Shown: one piece after another, positions 1 through 7,207 of the stretch
How the letters are laid out: every line of letters starts with the position of its first letter
How positions within the stretch are numbered: position 1 is the stretch's first letter
Origin: an uncultured virus (IMG/VR IMGVR_UViG_3300042695_001232)
Taxonomy: Duplodnaviria > Heunggongvirae > Uroviricota > Caudoviricetes
Length of the DNA stretch: 20,000 nt
Virus record (IMG/VR): IMGVR_UViG_3300042695_001232
Reading direction: 5' to 3' (one strand)
Made by a program: the position numbers and the translations under genes
The notes under the pieces: generated by a model
What the model saw: the letters and a program-made list of their open reading frames with translations, nothing else
Told to the model about the DNA's origin: nothing
Database searches by the model: none

Positions 1-536
1 GTTGGTCTTGGAAGTAACCCAAGCGATCCTGGCCGTAATGCAGCGACAATAGGCACGGCTGGATTGTATAACGCCGTTTCATTGAATGGTTGTAAATTTT
101 GAATTAGTGCTTGTTTCAATAAAAACGTGACACCATTTCCAGATACAGTATATTTGGAGATACGAACCACATCTTGTAATGTAGATCCAATTGGAAATGC
201 ACGACTGTCATATTTCTTAATTGCATTGGTTCCACCATTACCTTCATTTGGGTTATACCAAAGAAAGGGTTGACGTGGACCGAACTTCAACAAACTATTA
301 GCATAATCAGTTTTTGCACTGAATCTTGTTAAAATTTGTTTATTGTTAGCAATATACAGTTTCTCAATTTTACCGGGAGCAGCACCAAGTGGATAATCTT
401 TAGGTATCGTATTAATTGGTGGTACCATTCTACGACTATCTCTTGGTTCACTACCAGGCGTTGGTGAACTAGATGCGTTGTTATAACGAGTTTCTAGTGG
501 AAACGCAATTGAGTTTCTTTGAATTTGATCAGCCAT
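1..536 (-). CDS. 5' part of a probable baseplate/tail-initiation protein (runs off the left edge; absent from the ORF track)
   Basis: ATG at 536-534, frame open to base 1: MADQIQRNSIAFPLETRY...STLQDVVRISKYTVSGNGVTFLLKQALIQNLQPFNETALYNPAVP... It lies directly downstream of the tape measure gene, and a TAATTATA promoter-like variant sits at 541-548. Function is inferred mainly from position. Confidence 0.6.
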   Translation of the reverse strand, partial: MADQIQRNSIAFPLETRYNNASSSPTPGSEPRDSRRMVPPINTIPKDYPLGAAPGKIEKLYIANNKQILTRFSAKTDYANSLLKFGPRQPFLWYNPNEGNGGTNAIKKYDSRAFPIGSTLQDVVRISKYTVSGNGVTFLLKQALIQNLQPFNETALYNPAVPIVAALRPGSLGLLPRP

Positions 537-545
537 ATTCTATAA

Positions 546-3371
546 TTATGAACTTGCAATAGCAAGTTGTTCACTTACTTTTCTACCATCAAGATTTACA
601 GCAATACCACCGTTCATCATTAAACTGATAAGAGTATCAAGTTTTTGATTGGTTTGTTCTATTGCAGCAATCGTATCAGATTGTGACGTGTTACCCGCTT
701 CAACACCCCCACCGATTCCTCCAGTATCAACTCCTATTAGTTTGCCTACAATCTTGAATGGCACACTCAATACGTTTTGTACGAACGTTGCGATTGACGT
801 AAATCCTGTCATAATCATTTGAAATATAAATTCAAAGGGAGACGTAAAGATTTTCAATATTGCAGTTCCAACGCCAATCAATCCTTTGATAATTCCATTA
901 CCCAGTGTGGAATTACTTCTACCAACAAACAAATTTGATATAAAATCCCAAGCATCGACCCATGGTTGAATGAATACTTTATACAACACGGATCCAAATG
1001 ATTTAAGTATAGAAACTACGTTTTCAAACATAGAAGGAAACATACCAAATAAACTTTTAATTGATGATTTAATAATTGGAAATACTGCAAGTAAGGGTTT
1101 AAATAAATCACCGATAATCGGAATCTTAGTTAAAAGTTCTACTAACATCTCAAATGGTCCAACAAAGACATCGTATAGTGTTTCACCCAACGCATCGAAT
1201 ATTCCCATTCCTTTACTGATACGACTAAATAATCCCCAAACAGCTTGTAGTACAGTGATAACCGTTCCAACAATCGGTATAGCTTTTCCAGCAGTTCCCA
1301 AAAGACCAACGATACGACCAACATTTCCAAATCCGGATGCAAACTTTCCAACCACTCCACCTGCACTTCCAAACGCACTAATTATTCCACTTATCGGACT
1401 TAATAAGCGACTTGCTCCCGAATTAATCATTGAAAATATTCTACCAATTCCTTTAAATACCAACTCAATTGGATTTAGAAATGTTTTGAACATAGCACCA
1501 AACAACATTATCGCAGAATTAATTTTTAAGAACACTACCCCAAAATCAATTCCCTTTTGTACAATTTCCTCGATAAATTTATTTGCACCATCTAACGAGT
1601 CACTAAATGATTGAACCAACGGTTCAATTGGTTCCCACATTTTATACAATGCATTAGCAAGAACCTTTATTGGTACTAACAATAAGTTGAAAACCACCAA
1701 AGCGATTTTCAATGCTGGAATCAATAACTTGACAGCAACATTTACAACCGGTGTCAAAATATCAGCAAGTATCTGTTTGAAAGATTTGAACGTATTACTC
1801 AATTGTGCCATAGCACTTTGCATTTGAGTCTTCATCAACAGGTCTTTTCCTGTTTCTTCATTCTGTTCTTTCATTGCTTCAAGTGCTTTTTCATATGAAG
1901 CCTTTTCCTTGTCAGACAACTGTGCAAGTTTCTCTTCGTTCTTCAACATCTTGGTCAACTCAACTGCACTATATCCAGTTGCCTTAGCAAGTGCTTCTTG
2001 TTGGAAGACATTCATCTTATTGAAATCTCCCATCGAACGCACTTGATTCAATATTTCTTTTTGTGCACCAGCTACGTCTCCTTGGAATGATAGTTGACGT
2101 GCTGCATTGAGATTCAAGTTCTTACCCAATAATACACTAGCTTCCATTTCATCAGATACACTCTGAGTAAAGTTCAATAGTCCTTTTGCAGAACTTGCAG
2201 ACTTATCAAGACTTACACCCATTTGTTTTGCTTGAATTGCGGCCATGGTCATTTGTTTGACATTGCCTCTCATCAAGGTAACCGTATCGTCAGATGCGTT
2301 TGCCACATCTCTCATCACTTCATCCAAATTAACTCCTGCTGCATTTGCAAGGTTAGCAGTAAACCCAGCCATTGCACTGGCTTGTTTATCTGTCATTCCT
2401 CCAATAGATGACATCTTTTGTAAGAATCCAGCAGCGTTACCTTCAGATACACCATAATTTGCAGCCAAAAGAGCAGTGGTTTGTGCAAGTTCTTTATTAA
2501 TCAATAAAGCGGTTCCAAATTCTTTACCAATTGCTTTTAAAGAAGCGTATGCACCTTCAATGGTTACGCCTAAACTTACAAATTGTTGATTTAATTGAAG
2601 TGCAGTTTGTTCCAATCCTCTTGCAATATCTCTTCCCAATCCAAGTTCTTTACGAAAATCAGCCGCTGCTTTATCCAACTCAACAAAACGATCAAAAGCG
2701 TCACCAAATGCTGCAATAAATTCTTTAATAACACCTGCAATTGCTTGTTGTTTTTTAAGATATTCTTCGGCCTTTTCAATTTTCTTCTTTTGATCTTTTA
2801 TTGCTTCATCATCTAATGACCCGCCTTCTTTTTGTTTAGTAACTTTTTCACCCTCTTTCTTAATTTGGTCTTCAAGTGATTTTATTTTACTATCATCACA
2901 CTTTGTTACCTTATCACAAAAATCTTTTTCTTTCTTTAACTTCTCTTCCAAATTCTTTACAGAATCTTCTCCGATTGCAATATCCTTTTGTCTTGCCTTC
3001 TCCAAATCCGCCAATATTGCTTTTTCTTTGTTTAATTCGTCGTTGACTTTCTTAAGTGGTTCATCAAACATTAATCCTGCAATTGCACTGAACGTTTTTA
3101 ACAAATCTTCACCCGAATTTACGCCATTTTGCAAAAATCCTGAGAACGTTTCCGCCGGATTATAAAAAGCTGTAGTTACTATATCAATATCTTTGTATAA
3201 TTCTCTGGCTTGTTTTGATGCCATCTTTGCAGCAGCCGCAAGATGATCGTAAGCATTATTAAGAATTTTAACTTGATCAGAAGTCATTTGCGCGGTTTTA
3301 GCACCACGTCGAAAACTTTCGTTCAACTGGTCCTGAATCTTTCGTGCTTGATCTACAGTATCATCTGCCAT
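546..3371 (-). CDS. Tail tape measure protein, 941 aa
   Basis: Long Ala/Leu/Lys/Glu-rich helical N-half, amphipathic/hydrophobic Gly-rich C-half, C-terminal V-x-LDG-x-KV motif; located downstream of the tube and chaperone genes. Confidence 0.88.
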   Translation of the reverse strand: MADDTVDQARKIQDQLNESFRRGAKTAQMTSDQVKILNNAYDHLAAAAKMASKQARELYKDIDIVTTAFYNPAETFSGFLQNGVNSGEDLLKTFSAIAGLMFDEPLKKVNDELNKEKAILADLEKARQKDIAIGEDSVKNLEEKLKKEKDFCDKVTKCDDSKIKSLEDQIKKEGEKVTKQKEGGSLDDEAIKDQKKKIEKAEEYLKKQQAIAGVIKEFIAAFGDAFDRFVELDKAAADFRKELGLGRDIARGLEQTALQLNQQFVSLGVTIEGAYASLKAIGKEFGTALLINKELAQTTALLAANYGVSEGNAAGFLQKMSSIGGMTDKQASAMAGFTANLANAAGVNLDEVMRDVANASDDTVTLMRGNVKQMTMAAIQAKQMGVSLDKSASSAKGLLNFTQSVSDEMEASVLLGKNLNLNAARQLSFQGDVAGAQKEILNQVRSMGDFNKMNVFQQEALAKATGYSAVELTKMLKNEEKLAQLSDKEKASYEKALEAMKEQNEETGKDLLMKTQMQSAMAQLSNTFKSFKQILADILTPVVNVAVKLLIPALKIALVVFNLLLVPIKVLANALYKMWEPIEPLVQSFSDSLDGANKFIEEIVQKGIDFGVVFLKINSAIMLFGAMFKTFLNPIELVFKGIGRIFSMINSGASRLLSPISGIISAFGSAGGVVGKFASGFGNVGRIVGLLGTAGKAIPIVGTVITVLQAVWGLFSRISKGMGIFDALGETLYDVFVGPFEMLVELLTKIPIIGDLFKPLLAVFPIIKSSIKSLFGMFPSMFENVVSILKSFGSVLYKVFIQPWVDAWDFISNLFVGRSNSTLGNGIIKGLIGVGTAILKIFTSPFEFIFQMIMTGFTSIATFVQNVLSVPFKIVGKLIGVDTGGIGGGVEAGNTSQSDTIAAIEQTNQKLDTLISLMMNGGIAVNLDGRKVSEQLAIASS

Positions 3372-3388
3372 AAAAATCTATTGTACAT

Positions 3389-3396
3389 TATAAATA
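3389..3396 (-). promoter_or_regulatory. TATTTATA motif upstream of the tape measure gene
   Basis: Exact octamer 17 nt upstream of the ATG at 3371. Confidence 0.6.
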
Positions 3397-3431
3397 TAAA
3401 ATTCATACAGTTATTGTTCGATTTTCTATGG

Positions 3432-3635
3432 TTATTTACCTTTAGGTTTTGATGCTTTTTCCATCTGTTCGTTTTCTTTTTTCCGAACTTCGGCCAATTT
3501 ACGCAGGTAAAAGACACGCAAGTGTACAGGCAAATTGTACACTATTTCATGATTGAAAGCACCCTCCGAATAATACGCCAAATCAAAGATTTGTGTATGT
3601 AACGATATCTTATCCTCCGGAGTCAGGCCAAAAAA
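3432..3635 (-). CDS. Start-less reading frame (FFGLTPEDKISLHTQIFDLAYYSEGAFNHEIVYNLPVHLRVFYLRKLAEVRKKENEQMEKASKPKGK), resembling the small hub/tail assembly chaperone that follows gp26 in T4-like phages; probably a frameshift extension of 3610..4488
   Basis: Open +1 frame from the T7 run (3630-3636) to TAA at 3434-3432. An in-frame TGA lies just upstream and the only ATG is 10 codons from the end. It fills the gap between the chaperone and tape measure genes. Confidence 0.75.
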   Translation of the reverse strand, partial: FFGLTPEDKISLHTQIFDLAYYSEGAFNHEIVYNLPVHLRVFYLRKLAEVRKKENEQMEKASKPKGK

Positions 3636-4488
3636 ACTGTGCCGTCATCGGCACCGAAACCCTTTCCTCATGCGAACATTCATCACATCCAAAATCAAAC
3701 GTCATATCCAAATCAGGAGTTTGTTCACGTACATGTTGTCTAAACGCCAAACTATCTCTCGATGGCATTTCTTGTGTTACAAACTTCTGAATAAACGCTC
3801 TATCTGAATTACCATCAATCGATAAAATCATGTTACGCAAACGTGTGGTAACGTCACTACTTGCATTCTTATTGATCTTGACCATAGCCTTGATTTCAGC
3901 ATCAATTGTCATTTCATCACGGTGTGTTAATAACTTGTACTTAACAACCTTCTTGGTATATGGTAAAAGAAATTCAAACTCGTTCTGACCCTTAGGGTAC
4001 ACAGTTAAATCCAATTCCTTAGACTTCATCAGACTAAGATCAATCTTTCGTTCACACTCAGTCTGACACTTAGGACACGTAATCTTGACGGGACCATAAA
4101 CATCACCGTAGGCAAGTCGTCTTGCCGCAAAAAACGCTGCGTTCTTGTCACCAATAAGAATATCATCAATTTTAACCTGAGTTACAATCAACGATTCAAG
4201 AAGTTTATCCAAAACGACACCTTTACGAATTAGATTCTGATTGGTGAGAATATCTTCTTCCTTTGCAGTCATCATTTTCAATTCCAAATGTCCATCTGAA
4301 AGAGGATGACCTTCTGGATAAAAATGACCCTCACTTGGCAATTCAATTGTCTCAGTTGGAAACTTGCTAACAACCTTTTGGGGAATATCAGTTTGATTAA
4401 ACGGAACTGACATTGATGGTTGACGTGCAATAGGTGGACCGCCAACAATTGTCGATGGTCGTGTAATGGAAATATTTTCTTCACTCAT
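3610..4488 (-). CDS. T4 gp26-like baseplate hub / tail assembly chaperone, 292 aa
   Basis: Motifs ELPSEGHFYP, MTAKEEDIL, IGDKNA..FAARRLAYG, CPKC and CDEC, F.LP.TKK.V.YKLLT..DE, and a PD.D..F...FFWP end; position between tube and tape measure. Confidence 0.8.
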   Translation of the reverse strand: MSEENISITRPSTIVGGPPIARQPSMSVPFNQTDIPQKVVSKFPTETIELPSEGHFYPEGHPLSDGHLELKMMTAKEEDILTNQNLIRKGVVLDKLLESLIVTQVKIDDILIGDKNAAFFAARRLAYGDVYGPVKITCPKCQTECERKIDLSLMKSKELDLTVYPKGQNEFEFLLPYTKKVVKYKLLTHRDEMTIDAEIKAMVKINKNASSDVTTRLRNMILSIDGNSDRAFIQKFVTQEMPSRDSLAFRQHVREQTPDLDMTFDFGCDECSHEERVSVPMTAQFFWPDSGG

Positions 4489-4552
4489 AATAACTCTTTA
4501 ATGTAACAATATATAGTATCTCAATAAAACTTTTTGTTATTTTAATTAAGTA

Positions 4553-4900
4553 TCAAGATCCACCTTTTTGTGCAGCTTTCAAACTATCATTTGCTGCATC
4601 TAGACCATCTCTGGATTTTTTTGTATTTTCCTTTGCCGTATTTAATGCTTCTGTTTCTTTTGATTTGTCTTCTCCACGATTTTCTGCAGCATCAAGTGTA
4701 TCGGACGCGGTTTGTTCACGTTCTAGTGACTGCGCAACAAGTACTTTAGCGATATCAACACCTACTTTTGCTACTTGTACCTTTAATCCTTGTTGTTTTT
4801 TCCTCAAACCATCCAATGTTTTTGTGAATTTATCGGAATCAACCACTTCAGACAATACTTCGTTAATGATTGATTTCAATTCTGATCTGGTAATCTTCAT
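4553..4900 (-). CDS. Small coiled-coil hypothetical protein, 115 aa, possibly a head-internal protein
   Basis: Clean ORF with TATTTATA 4 nt upstream; N-terminus MKITRSELKSIINEVLSE; charged helical body. Confidence 0.7.
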   Translation of the reverse strand: MKITRSELKSIINEVLSEVVDSDKFTKTLDGLRKKQQGLKVQVAKVGVDIAKVLVAQSLEREQTASDTLDAAENRGEDKSKETEALNTAKENTKKSRDGLDAANDSLKAAQKGGS

Positions 4901-4904
4901 ATCG

Positions 4905-4912
4905 TATAAATA
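4905..4912 (-). promoter_or_regulatory. TATTTATA motif upstream of the 115-aa ORF
   Basis: Exact octamer 4 nt upstream of the ATG at 4900, just downstream of a terminator. Confidence 0.6.
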
Positions 4913-4923
4913 GTATACCGCAT

Positions 4924-4957
4924 AAAAAACCTCCCAACTGTTTGAGTTGAGAGGTTT
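4924..4957 (-). terminator. Rho-independent terminator after the tail tube gene
   Basis: Minus-strand RNA AAACCUCUCAACU-CAAAC-AGUUGGGAGGUUUUUU: 13-bp stem with one G-U pair, ending in a U run. Confidence 0.85.
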
Positions 4958-4978
4958 GAATACAATAGATGTTTTATA

Positions 4979-5470
4979 TTAAAATTGAAGTATAGCGTAA
5001 TCGTAGGCGAGGTTCAATGTAATATTCAATGAATCTCCCATATTTGACCAATCAACACTACCGAACTCTGCACTTACAATTTGTGCACCCTTCAATACCC
5101 ACTCTTCAACCTTGTCACCTACTGGACCAAGAATTGAAATGGCGCAATCCTTCTTATAAAAGTCAAGATAACCATCACGGCCAGTTACAGATTCGTGATG
5201 CAAACGTACCCATTCCATAACAGCCTGAGCACCAGATGGTGCAATTGGGTCATAAAGTTCAAGACTAATGTCGTTCCAAACGCTCTTACCTTTATAGTAA
5301 CGTTGTGTATTGATATAATCAATGGTCTTCTTTTCTTGATTCAACTTTGGACGATCCGTCTTTTTGATGATGAAAGATGGAATACCGTCAACACTGAAAA
5401 TGAAACGGTTTTGAACTTTTGGTTCAAATACGGTGTAAAACATTTCGTTTGGATTTAGTAGATCTGCCAT
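4979..5470 (-). CDS. Tail tube protein (T4 gp19-like), 163 aa
   Basis: FEPKVQNRF, RPK, YYKGKSVW..I.L.LYDPI, VMEW, YKKD, GPVGDKVEEW.LKGA, FG..DW, L.YDYA: typical myophage tube pattern and size. Confidence 0.92.
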   Translation of the reverse strand: MADLLNPNEMFYTVFEPKVQNRFIFSVDGIPSFIIKKTDRPKLNQEKKTIDYINTQRYYKGKSVWNDISLELYDPIAPSGAQAVMEWVRLHHESVTGRDGYLDFYKKDCAISILGPVGDKVEEWVLKGAQIVSAEFGSVDWSNMGDSLNITLNLAYDYAILQF

Positions 5471-5494
5471 ATATTTTTATTATTAGGTCTTGTA

Positions 5495-5502
5495 TATAAA
5501 TA
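5495..5502 (-). promoter_or_regulatory. TATTTATA motif upstream of the tail tube gene
   Basis: Exact octamer 24 nt upstream of the ATG at 5470. Confidence 0.6.
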
Positions 5503-5531
5503 GTTTTAGTTTTCGATTTTTTCTAAAAATC

Positions 5532-6218
5532 TTATGATTCTTTTAATGAATTTTGCGTATCATAAACTTTATTAACAGCAGTTTTCAAATTATCAACGTG
5601 ATTACGAGTACGAAGTAATTTGAAAACAATGTTTTCCACACTGAATTCACCACCTTTACTTAAACCAGCTTCACGCATATCGTATACTGATTTTAACACA
5701 CGTTTTAAATCTGTTAAGTTATTTGACTTGATAGCATTTTTAATTTGTACCACCATATCTGTGTATTTTTGTTGAATTACGTTCTTATCCAAATTCAAAT
5801 TCAACTTCTGTGGTACTTTTATCCACTTATTGTTCAAAATACTGTATATTCCTAATGCTCTATTGGTTTCTTTAATATCCTGAATATACAACTCTACTCG
5901 GTGACCATGAATACGTATGTCATGATTTTTATTCCAATTGGCTTTAATACTATCTACCATTTTTTTTACAAGATCGTGTTCCAATCCAAGTTTATCAAAA
6001 TTGATCAAAATATGAAGATCAATATCACTTGTTGGACCCCAATTGTAATTTGCAGCACTTCCCAACATGTACACATCTTCAATTGGTGCTGACAATTCTG
6101 TCTCTTCATAAAAGTCCTGAGCAACTTTTAGTAAAGCGTCACGAACATCTGGCTGTATTGTTTTATCATTGTTCCAGATATTGGGATTGAGTGTATTGTT
6201 ATAAATTACCGCTTTCAT
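5532..6218 (-). CDS. Pol-beta superfamily nucleotidyltransferase, 228 aa
   Basis: hGS..NYNW...SDIDLH motif (GS plus DxD), third acidic strand VELYIQD, helical C-terminal domain (MREAGL..GGEFSVENIVFKLLR). Confidence 0.8.
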   Translation of the reverse strand: MKAVIYNNTLNPNIWNNDKTIQPDVRDALLKVAQDFYEETELSAPIEDVYMLGSAANYNWGPTSDIDLHILINFDKLGLEHDLVKKMVDSIKANWNKNHDIRIHGHRVELYIQDIKETNRALGIYSILNNKWIKVPQKLNLNLDKNVIQQKYTDMVVQIKNAIKSNNLTDLKRVLKSVYDMREAGLSKGGEFSVENIVFKLLRTRNHVDNLKTAVNKVYDTQNSLKES

Positions 6219-6219
6219 A

Positions 6220-6846
6220 TTATATATTTGACCAACTATATCCGTAACTTTCTTGTGTTATTCCTAAAATTCTTTTTAATTCAGGTATAGTTGATTCCGC
6301 TTTTTTGTGTTCAATTGCAGTTCCACCTTTTGCTCTCCATTGAGATATATTCGAAGGCAAATCATCAATTAATATATGATTTGGTCCTAACGCATATTGT
6401 TGCTTAGCTTCTGAACTATCAACTAGTATTATATTTTCGTCTTTAGGTGTTGGAGTTAAATTGGTTGATAACCACTTACGTTTACCAATTTCAGCATTAT
6501 TAGTTTTTGACCTTCTGGAAGATGTACTACTTAAAATTTTGACCGGTACTTTTAATGATGTTATAAACTTCCAAAGAACATCACAATCTTCCATTTTTGG
6601 CAATATTGACCACCACGTAATACCATGATCCGGTGGAGCGCTCCATATTAGTCTCCAAATTTCACTACTTTGATTTCTTTGATCAAATTCAGCAGCAGAT
6701 ACTCCATTGGATAACTTTTCAAATCCCTTATCAAAATCAGCTAAAACTCCATCCATGTCACAATAAATGACCGTTGAATTTTCATCATCAGTCTCCAATA
6801 GATTATGATCAAAAACTTCAAGAAGAGTTTGTTTTAATTGTATCAT
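6220..6846 (-). CDS. HAD-superfamily 5'(3')-deoxyribonucleotidase-like phosphatase, 208 aa (start moved from 6873 to the ATG at 6846)
   Basis: Motif I YCDMDGVLADF, motif II KILSS, K..W and K..YA, motif IV ILIDD. TATTTATA lies 5 nt upstream of the ATG at 6846. Confidence 0.85.
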   Translation of the reverse strand: MIQLKQTLLEVFDHNLLETDDENSTVIYCDMDGVLADFDKGFEKLSNGVSAAEFDQRNQSSEIWRLIWSAPPDHGITWWSILPKMEDCDVLWKFITSLKVPVKILSSTSSRRSKTNNAEIGKRKWLSTNLTPTPKDENIILVDSSEAKQQYALGPNHILIDDLPSNISQWRAKGGTAIEHKKAESTIPELKRILGITQESYGYSWSNI

Positions 6847-6851
6847 TTGAG

Positions 6852-6859
6852 TATAAATA
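6852..6859 (-). promoter_or_regulatory. TATTTATA motif upstream of the HAD gene
   Basis: Exact octamer 5 nt upstream of the ATG at 6846. Confidence 0.6.
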
Positions 6860-6927
6860 TCAAGAAAATTCAATAAGATCTTGACAATGTGAGAAATTAC
6901 CTATAAGCATTGCTGCGCAATAATCAA

Positions 6928-7140
6928 TTAATCACTTTTTTCACTTTTTAAAAAATCTATAACTTTAATTAGTAGTTTTGAACTGCTTGAATCGCAAAAA
7001 CATATCTGCTTATATTCTTTTGAGTTTTCACAACTCCAAGCCAAATCAGTATCTCCAGTCTGGCCATAATCAGGCGCAGCAATCACATGATTTAGTTTAT
7101 TATCATCATAAACCTCAAATTTATCATTGTTTGTTTCCAC
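6928..7140 (-). CDS. Small hypothetical protein, about 70 aa (GTG start; the track's longer 85-aa version begins inside the terminator)
   Basis: TATTTATA-TAT-GTG GAA ACA...; METNNDKFEVYDD...APDYGQTGDTDLAWSCE...; no recognisable family. Confidence 0.5.
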   Translation of the reverse strand: METNNDKFEVYDDNKLNHVIAAPDYGQTGDTDLAWSCENSKEYKQICFCDSSSSKLLIKVIDFLKSEKSD

Positions 7141-7143
7141 ATA

Positions 7144-7151
7144 TATAAATA
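7144..7151 (-). promoter_or_regulatory. TATTTATA motif upstream of the small ORF
   Basis: Exact octamer 3 nt upstream of the GTG at 7140, downstream of a terminator. Confidence 0.55.
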
Positions 7152-7173
7152 TCAATATACAGCAATACAAAAC

Positions 7174-7204
7174 AAAAAACCTCACCTAGAAATAGGTGAG
7201 GTTT
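7174..7204 (-). terminator. Terminator hairpin right after the endonuclease stop codon
   Basis: RNA AAACCUCACCUA-UUUC-UAGGUGAGGUUUUUU: perfect 12-bp stem plus U run. Confidence 0.85.
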
Positions 7205-7207
7205 GAG

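Noticed and set aside
5515..5531. Hairpin GATTTTT-TCT-AAAAATC and an ATTTTTAGAAA string shared with the sheath upstream region
   Set aside because: Nearly all A/T with different spacing to the promoter motif; likely chance.
6881..6907. Plus-strand TTGACA...TATAAG sigma70-like promoter
   Set aside because: Spacer is only 15 nt and there is no plus-strand gene downstream; antisense transcription cannot be supported from sequence alone.
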